A stretch of DNA of 64,000 bases from positions 192,001-256,000 of IMG/VR virus record IMGVR_UViG_3300027804_002812. One strand, written 5' to 3'. The notes under the pieces were generated by a model. It ran no database searches. It was not told where the DNA came from and worked only from the letters and a program-made list of their open reading frames with translations. Below are positions 38,530-47,485 of this stretch, in pieces. Origin of the DNA: a virus. Taxonomy: Duplodnaviria > Caudoviricetes. Position numbers and translations under genes: made by a program. Position 1 is the first letter of the stretch. Every line of letters begins with the position of its first letter.

Positions 38530-38865
38530 TTAATAACTATCTACTTTTAACGGTTTCAAATTGAAAATACGCAAGTACTTGTTGGCATCCACCTTCAAAT
38601 TGTATCTACTTTCAACATACCTTCCGATAACATCAAGAACATCAGATTCATCCATTGAAAACACATTTTTAACTTCATCAACAATTTCGTAATAAGAGAA
38701 TAATTGATTAGATTTTTTCCATCCCATCAATCCAAATTCTTCACCAGGAAACACAAAGACAATATCAGAATAATCTCCTTTCTTGAGTTCAATACCCTCC
38801 AACTTCTCATTCAAAAATTTGAATATTAAGTTTTCCAATCTGCTTTCCGTGATGATGTATCTCAT
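38530..38865 (-). CDS. ~110-aa paralog family member
   Basis: MRYIITESRLENLIFKFLNE. Confidence 0.8.
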   Translation of the reverse strand: MRYIITESRLENLIFKFLNEKLEGIELKKGDYSDIVFVFPGEEFGLMGWKKSNQLFSYYEIVDEVKNVFSMDESDVLDVIGRYVESRYNLKVDANKYLRIFNLKPLKVDSY

Positions 38866-38887
38866 AACTTCTTCTTTGAATAGGGGG

Positions 38888-39205
38888 TTAATAATATATT
38901 GAGTAATAAACCGCCTTAATGGGATTATCAGGATATTTTTTTTCAAACCATCTTTGAATTAAATCTTCAGTCTCAGAAAAATTCCTGTTGAACAATCCAC
39001 TAATTGTTAAGAACAAATGCTGACTAACTCCCAAGTGTTGGTCAAGAAACTGAAATATCATATTTTCATTTTTATCAACAAGGTCGAAGTCCTCCTCCGT
39101 CCCAATTGTATGACTTGAATCTCTTTCGATAAGTTCCCCCACCACTAAAGTAATATACTTATCAACCAATTTTACAAGTCTATCTTCTGAAATAATATAA
39201 TCCAT
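38888..39205 (-). CDS. ~100-aa paralog family member
   Basis: MDYIISEDRL..WFEKKY. Confidence 0.78.
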   Translation of the reverse strand: MDYIISEDRLVKLVDKYITLVVGELIERDSSHTIGTEEDFDLVDKNENMIFQFLDQHLGVSQHLFLTISGLFNRNFSETEDLIQRWFEKKYPDNPIKAVYYSIYY

Positions 39206-39227
39206 AATTTATAAATACCAATAAAAT

Positions 39228-39255
39228 AAAAAACCCCACCTATAAAGATGGGGTT
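39228..39255 (-). terminator. Intrinsic terminator (CCCCACC family)
   Basis: A-run-ACCCCACC-tataaa-GATGGGGT; near-copies at about 31321, 36655, 41210, 43320 and 44483. Confidence 0.7.
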
Positions 39256-39279
39256 ATACTATAGATTGTGTTTTCGAAA

Positions 39280-39909
39280 TTACTTACCAGTTCTTGAAGT
39301 ATATCCTGTTGACGGTCTTTCCCCTTTTGCTGTCCGTATTAAAGCCTCTCGTTCTAGTTCCTCTTTTTCACCCGGTTTCAACGGTGGATAGGGTGTATCG
39401 TCTGAGGGTTGGAAGTTCGTTACCAAATTTCTAATAGGTCTCATAATTCTAGCCCATTCAGATTCATTAGAAATATCAGAACTCAAATCCGTGTATAAAT
39501 CAACATTGTAACTACTTTTATAAGCCTTTACCAATGCACAAAATTCACTAAATGATTTCAAATTTTCAAATGCTTTATAGATTAATTCTTCATTCGTTCC
39601 AACCCCTTGTACCGCATCTCTTATCATATCAGCAAACTGATTCACACGACCCCTATCTCTGTAAGAAGAATTTTCTTTGTTACATATATCACAAAACTCC
39701 TTAACTTTTTTGTCTGAATCTCCAAATCCAGTTAGGACTTGATTCAGCATACCCATCAAGTCTTGTTCATTAACCAAAGGTTTCACATCCCCAAGTTTCG
39801 AATTTAACAATTTAGAGAAACTCTCAGTCATAACCTTCATCCCTCCTGTATGTTGTTCACGGATGGAGTTCTTCTCCTGTTCCGATAAATCGTTTAATAT
39901 ATGTTTCAT
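39280..39909 (-). CDS. Leader-tagged protein with annexin-like repeat
   Basis: ADMIRDAVQGVGTNEELIYKAF...LVKAYKSSYNVDLYTDLSSDIS. Confidence 0.75.
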   Translation of the reverse strand: MKHILNDLSEQEKNSIREQHTGGMKVMTESFSKLLNSKLGDVKPLVNEQDLMGMLNQVLTGFGDSDKKVKEFCDICNKENSSYRDRGRVNQFADMIRDAVQGVGTNEELIYKAFENLKSFSEFCALVKAYKSSYNVDLYTDLSSDISNESEWARIMRPIRNLVTNFQPSDDTPYPPLKPGEKEELEREALIRTAKGERPSTGYTSRTGK

Positions 39910-39943
39910 AATTTTTAATTTATTATAAATATCTCAAACATTC

Positions 39944-40002
39944 AAAAAAAAGGGGTTGGGGATTTCCACGACCGAAGGGAGAAAGCGGATCCGAATACAA
40001 AT
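39944..40002. repeat. Intergenic cassette element, copy 1
   Basis: AAAAAAAGGGGTTGGGGATT-N4-ACGACCGAAGGGAGAA; 3' 40 nt identical to copy 2. Confidence 0.9.
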
Positions 40003-40030
40003 AAAAAACCCCACCTTTATGGGGTGGGGT
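40003..40030 (-). terminator. Intrinsic terminator
   Basis: ACCCCACC-tttatg-GGGTGGGG, identical to 40710..40737. Confidence 0.75.
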
Positions 40031-40049
40031 AAATAACAGATTGAATTTT

Positions 40050-40676
40050 TTATGCTAAGTTAGATTGTTGTGGTTTGCCGGTACTAGCATATGTTCCTTT
40101 TGGAACTGATGATCCACCAGAACCTACAGTACAAAAATCTTTTTTCAACTTATCAGTAAAATATTTTGAATATAGAGCAATCCCCTGAGGACCCGTAAAA
40201 AGTTTGGTGTCAAATGGGATTAATTGGTCGGGTTTATCACATGAGTAGCTCAAAAAATAAACATGGTCACTATTACCAACTCGGTAGTCTGTTCCATCAC
40301 TTAGTTTAACCTCTTCGTATTTATATGCAATAACTATTTTTCCAAGTTTATCTTTAGAGTCACCTAACCCACTATACATATAATCAATTCTAATTTGTCT
40401 TTTGAACTTTCTATTTTCACGATCAGTGTAAAGATTTACCGTATTTCCCTTGAAGGATTCAAATTTTTCTTCACTAAACGCATTGACTTTGTCTTGAGGA
40501 GTATCACCAGAGATTTCAGGTATCGCTTTGGACATCGGAGGGTTAATTTTGGTTTTTGTTCCAGGGTTTTCACCAGTTTGAGTCACCGTTGTTTGAACTT
40601 GCTCACTCATAAGTCGTTTCTCTAATCTCTGATTGACTTCTTGAATGTGTCTGATTTTACTATAACTTCTATTCAT
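40050..40676 (-). CDS. Leader-tagged hypothetical protein
   Basis: MNRSYSKIRHIQEVNQRLEKRLMSE, shared with 42591..43283. Confidence 0.8.
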   Translation of the reverse strand: MNRSYSKIRHIQEVNQRLEKRLMSEQVQTTVTQTGENPGTKTKINPPMSKAIPEISGDTPQDKVNAFSEEKFESFKGNTVNLYTDRENRKFKRQIRIDYMYSGLGDSKDKLGKIVIAYKYEEVKLSDGTDYRVGNSDHVYFLSYSCDKPDQLIPFDTKLFTGPQGIALYSKYFTDKLKKDFCTVGSGGSSVPKGTYASTGKPQQSNLA

Positions 40677-40763
40677 AATATTGTATTTCCAATAAATATC
40701 ATTAAACACAAAAAAACCCCACCTTTATGGGGTGGGGAGATATTAACTTCAATACTTAATATA

Positions 40764-41168
40764 TTATTGAGGTTGTTGAGGTGCTTGTGCTCTTGCAATT
40801 GCTTGTGCCAAAGCATCAAGTGGTGCCAATACATTGGAAATTGCCGGTAAATATGGTTTGAACGATTCCGTATTTTGATATTGAGAAACAGCTTTTTTAA
40901 TAGTATCAGGAAGATTACCAAGTTGTCTTCTGATTTTCAAAATGTCATAAATTGCATTTATTTCATTTTGTTGTGCCTGACTTGTTGCTCGGTTTGTTTG
41001 TCTCAAATCTTGTCTTGCATCTCTTCTTGCGTCCCTTGCATCTCGAACACCTGCTCTAGCGGCATCAAGTCCTTGTTGTGCGGCTATTTGTTGACTAGTT
41101 TGTTCTTGTAATGTTTTTTTAACCAATCTTGCCAAATCAGCTTCGGTCATTCTTATAATTTTTCCCAT
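40764..41168 (-). CDS. Leader-tagged coiled-coil protein
   Basis: MGKIIRMTEADLARLVKKTLQE; ARDA repeats. Confidence 0.8.
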   Translation of the reverse strand: MGKIIRMTEADLARLVKKTLQEQTSQQIAAQQGLDAARAGVRDARDARRDARQDLRQTNRATSQAQQNEINAIYDILKIRRQLGNLPDTIKKAVSQYQNTESFKPYLPAISNVLAPLDALAQAIARAQAPQQPQ

Positions 41169-41239
41169 AATAGTTTCAGTTTACAATAAATATCACAATA
41201 CTGAAAAAAAACCCCCACCTATTAAGATGGGGTTATCAA

Positions 41240-41827
41240 TTAAATTATTTCCCAATCGATTTCACCGTATTGGTCGTATTCATCATTCTCATCGTGAGTG
41301 GAACCGTCAATATCTTCATGAAGTTTTCTATAAGCCTCACAAGAACTTCTTGCCATCACAGTATGAGTCCAAGTCTGAACGCAACTCCTTGATGCTTGAA
41401 TTGTATATTCTGTTTCCTCATTCTCTTCCCATCCTTCTTCATCCTCACAATCATCATCAACAACATTCTTAACATCCTCAGGAACTCTACCAAACTTATC
41501 GATTGATTCCATCAGACTATTGCGAAACGCAATCAAATCTTTCAAAGAATAAATCTTAAAGGAATAACTTGATGCGGGAGAACCATTAACCCCAATCTCA
41601 ACATATTCCTTTGTCCCATCAGATCCGTCCCAATGATAAATGGAAAGACCCGATGCATTATCGAATTCCAAAGTTGAATCATTAACATACAAATAATTCA
41701 AGTTCCAATTATCAGGATTGGAATCCTTCATTTCCTGATACTCTTTTTCCAAGTCTCTAATCTGAGACAATGCTTTGGAATACTTCTTCTCAAAAGACTT
41801 CTTCCATTTATCTGTAAATTCTGCCAT
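41240..41827 (-). CDS. Acidic hypothetical protein
   Basis: C-terminal domain resembles 54691..54939. Confidence 0.75.
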   Translation of the reverse strand: MAEFTDKWKKSFEKKYSKALSQIRDLEKEYQEMKDSNPDNWNLNYLYVNDSTLEFDNASGLSIYHWDGSDGTKEYVEIGVNGSPASSYSFKIYSLKDLIAFRNSLMESIDKFGRVPEDVKNVVDDDCEDEEGWEENEETEYTIQASRSCVQTWTHTVMARSSCEAYRKLHEDIDGSTHDENDEYDQYGEIDWEII

Positions 41828-41903
41828 AACAAATTTTTTTATAATGATAAACAAAATTTTTTAATAAAAAAACCCCTCCTTTATGGGGAGGGGTTATATT
41901 ACA

Positions 41904-42581
41904 CTAATTTTTATCACTTAAGGCAACCCTGAGTTTATTTACATCTTCGTCCTCTTTTTTGGCATCGAAATAGTTTTTTGTAATATCATATCCAACACTA
42001 TATCCTACACCCACTCCCAAGTATTTTAATCCTGTTTTACCCAAATTTGCTAATGATGTTTTTATAGATGAAGATAATGGTTTTGATGCAGCTTGTTGAG
42101 CCAAAGTTTTGACGTGAGTGTCCAAAGAACTCTTAACAAAATCGGTTCCTTTTTTTATACCCTCAATGACGGCCAACTCTACTGAATCAGTAATTTTATC
42201 ACCTTTAGCTATTTTTTCAGCTAAGGCAGACATTCCTTTAACTCCTAGTTGTTTGATTGCAGGAATTCTATTTATAATAGCTAAAGCACCAGGCATCAAA
42301 GAAAATATTGCCACCAAACCTGCGGTTTTCGTGTCACCTTCTTTGTAATATAATGAGGCGTCCCCCAATCCGATTCCTGCTGATAAGAATGGACCAACGA
42401 AAGGTACAAAAGAACTTGCAAAGGCCAAAAGAGGTAAAAAGAAATGAGCATCTTTCACCATTAGTTCGCCCATCTTCATAATTGCCTCTGGTTTTTGGTA
42501 GTCATAACCACCTACAGGCCCTAAACCTATTGGTTGCTCAATGAGTAAATTATATTGACGTTCGGAAATAATATATTTCAT
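41904..42581 (-). CDS. Leader-tagged protein with hydrophobic hairpin domain
   Basis: MKYIISERQYNLLIE; SFVPFVGPFLSAGIGLGDA.LY.KEGD...GL..IFSLMP. Confidence 0.8.
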   Translation of the reverse strand: MKYIISERQYNLLIEQPIGLGPVGGYDYQKPEAIMKMGELMVKDAHFFLPLLAFASSFVPFVGPFLSAGIGLGDASLYYKEGDTKTAGLVAIFSLMPGALAIINRIPAIKQLGVKGMSALAEKIAKGDKITDSVELAVIEGIKKGTDFVKSSLDTHVKTLAQQAASKPLSSSIKTSLANLGKTGLKYLGVGVGYSVGYDITKNYFDAKKEDEDVNKLRVALSDKN

Positions 42582-42590
42582 GAAAAAAAA

Positions 42591-43283
42591 TTATTTAGTA
42601 ATAATATCCGCAATCGCGTCATCAAATTTTACAATAGCATCATCAAGATTCTGTTTGAAAATTTGAAATACCCTTTTGTTTCCCGGATCTAATTGTAAAG
42701 TTAAATCAAGATCACCTAATGATTTTCTAGCCCTCTTCAAAGCCAAATAGATATCGGCTAAATCTACAGCCTGTCCCTTCGGTGTTTGGAGTTTGTCAAG
42801 ATTTCTTGCCAAGTCATCTCCAACGTATTTGAGTCTAAGGAAAGCATTAGTTGCCACATCATTACCATAGGGTAATTTTGGTTGAGGTAAGGTAGACATA
42901 ATATTTTTGAAGTCTCTTAAGGCTACAACTACTTCATCTCTTACAGGAGACAAAAATCGAGTCAAAACATCTGACATTTTAAGCGTACCAAGTTTCGACA
43001 ATAATCTTGCGGTACTACCCGATGCCCCTGCCTTCACCAAACGAGAAATCATTTCGTCCGCAGTTTCTGGTTTTGGAGGAGCAATCCATGGCTTTGACGT
43101 AGTACCCATGGCTTTTTTAACAAGGTTTTTACCTCCTTGAACTAAACCTTTAGCCAATCCTGTAATTGCGGGAACAATTTGTTCGTTAACGTCTCCTTCG
43201 GTGATTACATTCTCAACCAATCTTTTTTCTAATCTTTGGTTGGCTTCTTGAATATGTCTGATTTTACTATAACTTCTATTCAT
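42591..43283 (-). CDS. Leader-tagged hypothetical protein
   Basis: MNRSYSKIRHIQEANQRLEKRLVE..VITE..VNE. Confidence 0.8.
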   Translation of the reverse strand: MNRSYSKIRHIQEANQRLEKRLVENVITEGDVNEQIVPAITGLAKGLVQGGKNLVKKAMGTTSKPWIAPPKPETADEMISRLVKAGASGSTARLLSKLGTLKMSDVLTRFLSPVRDEVVVALRDFKNIMSTLPQPKLPYGNDVATNAFLRLKYVGDDLARNLDKLQTPKGQAVDLADIYLALKRARKSLGDLDLTLQLDPGNKRVFQIFKQNLDDAIVKFDDAIADIITK

Positions 43284-43351
43284 AACTTTGTATTTCCAAT
43301 AAATATCATACGGCACAAAAAAACCCCACCTAAAAAGATGGGGTAGGATAA

Positions 43352-43834
43352 TCAATCTCTTGGAATTCTAATCTTCTCAACTCCACGATTTTCTTTCATA
43401 AATCTAATATAATCATCAAGCAAAGATTTTACCTCTTCAAGAACACCAGCGTCTTTGGCAACAGCGAATAGATTAAAATAACGATTATTATCGTTGTGAA
43501 TTTCCAAATAGTTATTGTAAAGATTGAAAGCAAATTTACCAGTTCCGAATTTCTCTCTAATTTCGGGATTTTTAATCATAATCATACTAACATCCGATTG
43601 TCTATCAATATATCCCTGAAAAGTAGATTCCCCCTTGTTGCCAGTCACACACCACTTGGTGTCAGATCCATATTTACAAGACGCTGTAAATGTCAATGGA
43701 ACAACTTGTAAAAAATTTTCTGTATCCGATATAACAATTCTTTCATCTTTGGAAATCTTATATTTTGTCTCATCAATCACTCGTCTAACCAATCTTGTTA
43801 AATCTGACTCGGTTAATCTTACAACTTTTTTCAT
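43352..43834 (-). CDS. Leader-tagged hypothetical protein
   Basis: MKKVVRLTESDLTRLVRRVIDE; ASCKYG..TKWCVT. Confidence 0.8.
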   Translation of the reverse strand: MKKVVRLTESDLTRLVRRVIDETKYKISKDERIVISDTENFLQVVPLTFTASCKYGSDTKWCVTGNKGESTFQGYIDRQSDVSMIMIKNPEIREKFGTGKFAFNLYNNYLEIHNDNNRYFNLFAVAKDAGVLEEVKSLLDDYIRFMKENRGVEKIRIPRD

Positions 43835-43852
43835 AATGTATTTTCAGTTCAT

Positions 43853-44398
43853 TTATTGTAAAAGTTCATCAAAATCGTCCCTCATATTTTTTTGTCTTTC
43901 GATTTCGTCCAAGAAAAATTCATAAATGTAGGCATCAACCTCACCCAAATCCAATCCTGCGCAATCTGGGAATGCATCAGAATTTACGAGTTCCTCCAAA
44001 TAATTGATAAATCTCTCTCGACAATCCTCAGTATTTTCAGGAGTTTCATTGTTGTTCCACACGTAAAGATCCCCACCTTCGTGGTTGACATAATTTCCAT
44101 TTTCATCAAATTCAACCTCGGATTGTTCAAACATGAACTCTATGTAAGATCTAAGACATTCAAGTTCATCATCCATAAAATCTTCCGAATCTCCTGTCAC
44201 CGGAACTTTAGTCATCTCAACATCAGGATTATCCAATATAAATTTTTCGTCATCAGTTAAAGATTCAATCCCCTGAGAACTAATCTTATCCAAGATAGCG
44301 TCAATCATATCTTGATTCTTCAATCTTTTTGCCTCAGTAATCATTTTCTTAACCAATGATACCAACTCAGACTCTGTTAACCTTAAAACCTTTTTCAT
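43853..44398 (-). CDS. Leader-tagged acidic protein with DUF6576-like motif
   Basis: MKKVLRLTESEL; IDAILDKISSQGIESLTDDEKFIL. Confidence 0.78.
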   Translation of the reverse strand: MKKVLRLTESELVSLVKKMITEAKRLKNQDMIDAILDKISSQGIESLTDDEKFILDNPDVEMTKVPVTGDSEDFMDDELECLRSYIEFMFEQSEVEFDENGNYVNHEGGDLYVWNNNETPENTEDCRERFINYLEELVNSDAFPDCAGLDLGEVDAYIYEFFLDEIERQKNMRDDFDELLQ

Positions 44399-44420
44399 AT
44401 CAATAAATATTCAACATTCC

Positions 44421-44478
44421 AAAAAAGGGGTTGGGGATTAGAACGACCGAAGGGAGAAAGCGGATCCGAATACAAATA
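44421..44478. repeat. Intergenic cassette element, copy 2
   Basis: AAAAAAGGGGTTGGGGATTAGAACGACCGAAGGGAGAAAGCGGATCCGAATACAAATA. Confidence 0.9.
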
Positions 44479-44512
44479 AAAATCCCCACCTAATAAGATG
44501 GGGTTGGATAAT

Positions 44513-44878
44513 TCATATTATGTAATTATTGACATCCCCTCCATTTTTTTCTATAGAGTTGATTACTTGATAATATTTCTCATCACTCCAATCATTTTGA
44601 CTATCTTGTACATATGGAATACAATCGGGTAAAGGATGTTTGATTGCTTCCAATCTCCACGGATTTAATTCAATTTGTTCGTCAGTTAAGTTTTCAAGTG
44701 TAATTACACTACAATCACCTTCCCAATTTGGTTCAGCAACTCCACCTTGGCCATCACCAGGTTTTGTAACAAATATAATATTGTTGTCAACAAGTTTTTG
44801 GATATCAAAAGTCATACGAGAATTATCCATTCCCATCATTATCTCGTGTATTCTTTTTATGTTCTCTTGTAAGTTCAT
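44513..44878 (-). CDS. Leader-tagged hypothetical protein
   Basis: MNLQENIKRIHEIMMG. Confidence 0.78.
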   Translation of the reverse strand: MNLQENIKRIHEIMMGMDNSRMTFDIQKLVDNNIIFVTKPGDGQGGVAEPNWEGDCSVITLENLTDEQIELNPWRLEAIKHPLPDCIPYVQDSQNDWSDEKYYQVINSIEKNGGDVNNYII

Positions 44879-44906
44879 AATGTTTTTTGTTTATAGATAA
44901 ATAGTC

Positions 44907-44944
44907 AAAAAAGGGGTTGGGGATTGGAACGACCGAAGGGAGAA
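44907..44944. repeat. Intergenic cassette element, copy 3
   Basis: AAAAAAGGGGTTGGGGATTGGAACGACCGAAGGGAGAA. Confidence 0.9.
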
Positions 44945-44950
44945 GACGGA

Positions 44951-45592
44951 TTAGGATGGATGGGCAACCCAGCTCTTTCCTTTTATTTCAGGAATCTTTC
45001 CTTGCTCATATAATTTCATCAAGGCAATAAGACGATTCCATCCTTCGTTCCATTTATACATGCCATCAACCATTTCAACAACAAAAGGTTCATTGTCAGT
45101 CAAGGTTTCAACACCATCTTTTAATGCCCTTCTCATCTGAACTTCAATACGTTCCTTACCACCTTCAACGGATTCTTTGTAAGGAATGAATTTCATTGTT
45201 TCAGGATGAATTTGGTCAGGGGTAACAGAAATTGTTTCCAAACTTATTTTGGAAAACTTATTTTTGTATCTGTCAACCCTCTCTTCCATTGTGACAAATT
45301 CATCAGGACCAACTTGCATATTTTTTGGATCCAAATCTATAAAATAATGACTAGGATTATCCTTATTTGGGGGAAGAAGAGGAAACATCATTTCTTTAAT
45401 TGCCTCCACAGGAAAATCACTTTCTCCCGCAATACAAGAAAATATTTTTGAAAGTTCGTCCCTACCATATTTCTTCCCTGGCTCATAGTCAGATGGATAA
45501 CAATCCGTTTCTTCTTCAGGTTGAATGTCCTCATCCTCTTTTAGAATCCCCATCAACTCTTTAAGTCGATATATGTTTTCGTTTAAGTTCAT
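44951..45592 (-). CDS. Leader-tagged protein with ParB/Srx-like motif
   Basis: MNLNENIYRLKELMGILKE; PFVVEMVDGMYKWNEGWNRLIAL. Confidence 0.7.
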   Translation of the reverse strand: MNLNENIYRLKELMGILKEDEDIQPEEETDCYPSDYEPGKKYGRDELSKIFSCIAGESDFPVEAIKEMMFPLLPPNKDNPSHYFIDLDPKNMQVGPDEFVTMEERVDRYKNKFSKISLETISVTPDQIHPETMKFIPYKESVEGGKERIEVQMRRALKDGVETLTDNEPFVVEMVDGMYKWNEGWNRLIALMKLYEQGKIPEIKGKSWVAHPS

Positions 45593-45613
45593 ATTCATAA
45601 ATATCAATTATTC

Positions 45614-45652
45614 AAAAAAAGGGGTTGGGGATTGGAACGACCGAAGGGAGAA
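45614..45652. repeat. Intergenic cassette element, copy 4
   Basis: Same core as copy 3. Confidence 0.9.
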
Positions 45653-45670
45653 AACGAATCGACAGGTTAA

Positions 45671-46441
45671 TTACAAATAAAGAAGTTCTTTAATACGGAT
45701 GATTTCTTCTTGCAATTTTTCATCAACCAATGATACGTTGCCTATCACTTGTGTATCTTCAGGAAAATCCAACATAAGTTCAGGAATGTGTCCATCTCCG
45801 ATGAATGCAACTCCTCCGTTCATCAATTTATTCTTTAGATTCTCTCTCCTTAATTTAGTTCCTTGTTTGGCATAATGAGATAAACTCCCCTCGGGTCCAC
45901 CAGTTTTTACATCATAATTATCCCACATCAAACTCTCACCTTTTTTCAAAAAGTTAATTATATTTTCGGGTGTTGGTTCGGCAGATAATTCTTCTTCTGA
46001 GAAATTATTATCCAATAAAGTTTCGAAATCCGCGATGTTAGAGACAGATAAACTATTTTGTGTTGCAATTCCTTGATTGGCAGCATTTACAATCACATCT
46101 TTGACAGTATCTCCTTGTACACCAAGCAATTTATTCAATGTTTCTTTGTTTGCCTCAATATTCGAAAACATTACATAACCATTATAGAACCCCAAATCCA
46201 AATCATCGAATGTTCCGTTATTTTTTGCAGATATACCCAATGAGTTTAGGAAACTTCTTTCTCTCCCTTCACCACCTCCACAGTTGTCTTCTCCACAACC
46301 TTCGAAATAAAACCCATTCCCACCCGATTTTTTGATATATTCTATTAATTCGGGATTTGAAATGGTACCAACTGAAGGAGCATTATGGTCTGAAGGTATT
46401 ACCACACCATTTCCTAGTCTTATAATTTCAGTATAACTCAT
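45671..46441 (-). CDS. Hypothetical protein with leader-like motif at its C-terminus
   Basis: Ends KLQEEIIRIKELLYL; AFIGDGHIPEL. Confidence 0.75.
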   Translation of the reverse strand: MSYTEIIRLGNGVVIPSDHNAPSVGTISNPELIEYIKKSGGNGFYFEGCGEDNCGGGEGRERSFLNSLGISAKNNGTFDDLDLGFYNGYVMFSNIEANKETLNKLLGVQGDTVKDVIVNAANQGIATQNSLSVSNIADFETLLDNNFSEEELSAEPTPENIINFLKKGESLMWDNYDVKTGGPEGSLSHYAKQGTKLRRENLKNKLMNGGVAFIGDGHIPELMLDFPEDTQVIGNVSLVDEKLQEEIIRIKELLYL

Positions 46442-46477
46442 TGTATTATATTTTTACAACAATAAATATCTATCATC

Positions 46478-46527
46478 AAAAAAAGGGGTTGGGGATTAGA
46501 ACGACCGAAGGGAGAACGGGGCGGTAT
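46478..46527. repeat. Intergenic cassette element, copy 5
   Basis: Core followed by CGGGGCGGTAT, shared with copy 6. Confidence 0.9.
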
Positions 46528-46544
46528 TCGAATATCCCCACCTA

Positions 46545-46829
46545 TTAATTAACAAACATTTTCCCCAACTCTTCACCAAGTCCCTCCACCACAATGGGTT
46601 CACCGAACTTAACCTCATGGGAGATGTACTCATAGAGAGAATGCTCATTGCTCTGAGCCTCCACCATCTTGATAAGAGCATTTTTCAAATCCTCCTTATA
46701 AGCATACATCACCAAATCGGAATCAACAGGAAATGAAAAATCCACCCCACCCTTCGGCTTCCAATAAGGAATATTGGAACCAGAATAATTCTCGTAGTAT
46801 TGAGCGGAAACTAAAATAGAAATCATCAT
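46545..46829 (-). CDS. Hypothetical protein
   Basis: Follows a Bacteroidota promoter. Confidence 0.75.
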   Translation of the reverse strand: MMISILVSAQYYENYSGSNIPYWKPKGGVDFSFPVDSDLVMYAYKEDLKNALIKMVEAQSNEHSLYEYISHEVKFGEPIVVEGLGEELGKMFVN

Positions 46830-46855
46830 ATCGTATAGAGGTTATCGTTGAAGTA

Positions 46856-46886
46856 CAAAGATACAATAATTTTCATACCACACAAA
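46856..46886 (-). promoter_or_regulatory. Bacteroidota promoter
   Basis: Minus strand TTTG-N19-TATCTTTG. Confidence 0.8.
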
Positions 46887-46894
46887 ATATTTTC

Positions 46895-46953
46895 AAAAAA
46901 AAGGGCTGGGGATTTCCACGAACGAAGTGAGAACGGACGGGGCGGTATACAAA
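46895..46953. repeat. Intergenic cassette element, copy 6 (variant)
   Basis: AAAAAAAAGGGCTGGGGATTTCCACGAACGAAGTGAGAA; CCGAAGG changed to ACGAAGT. Confidence 0.85.
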
Positions 46954-46957
46954 TAAC

Positions 46958-47485
46958 TCACTTTACCAAATGAGGATATTTCTCCATCATTTTATTCACC
47001 TTTGTAATTGTATTAATACAAACCCCCAACTCTTCAGATATCCTATTATGCCTCCATCCCAACTTTTTTAATTCAACAATTTTCTTAATCTTTACTTTTT
47101 CAAAAAATAATTCAGGACTTTCACTTGTACCAACTTTTCTACCTGTATAAATTCCAAGTTCCTTTGCCCTTTTTATTCCCTTCATTCTCATCTCCTTAGA
47201 GTCTCTATTTATCACCAATTCCACAATCCCCAATAGATACTGCTGAATATAAAACGGTATAAACTTACACCTATATCCCTTCGAAATATTTTCCTTTAAT
47301 GGAAGAAATTGAATATTTCTCAAATCTGCAATATACTCAGGGGGTACGTTCAATCTATATCCAAATGAAACAGGAAACTTGTGGTCTATCGTCATTCCCT
47401 CAGGAACAATAATTCCTTTATAATTCAAATTTTGATTAGTATACCAATCAACCTTTCTTCTATAACTATTCATTGAAATTTCCAT
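46958..47485 (-). CDS. HNH-like nuclease fused to resolvase-type HTH
   Basis: TIDHKFPVS.G..NIQFLPLKENISKG; GIKRAKELGIYTGRK..RISEELGVCINTITKV. Confidence 0.65.
   Translation of the reverse strand: MEISMNSYRRKVDWYTNQNLNYKGIIVPEGMTIDHKFPVSFGYRLNVPPEYIADLRNIQFLPLKENISKGYRCKFIPFYIQQYLLGIVELVINRDSKEMRMKGIKRAKELGIYTGRKVGTSESPELFFEKVKIKKIVELKKLGWRHNRISEELGVCINTITKVNKMMEKYPHLVK

Noticed and set aside
36683-39205. Diversity-generating retroelement explaining the paralog family
   Set aside because: No reverse transcriptase and no TR/VR pair differing only at adenines is visible; divergence is spread over all bases.
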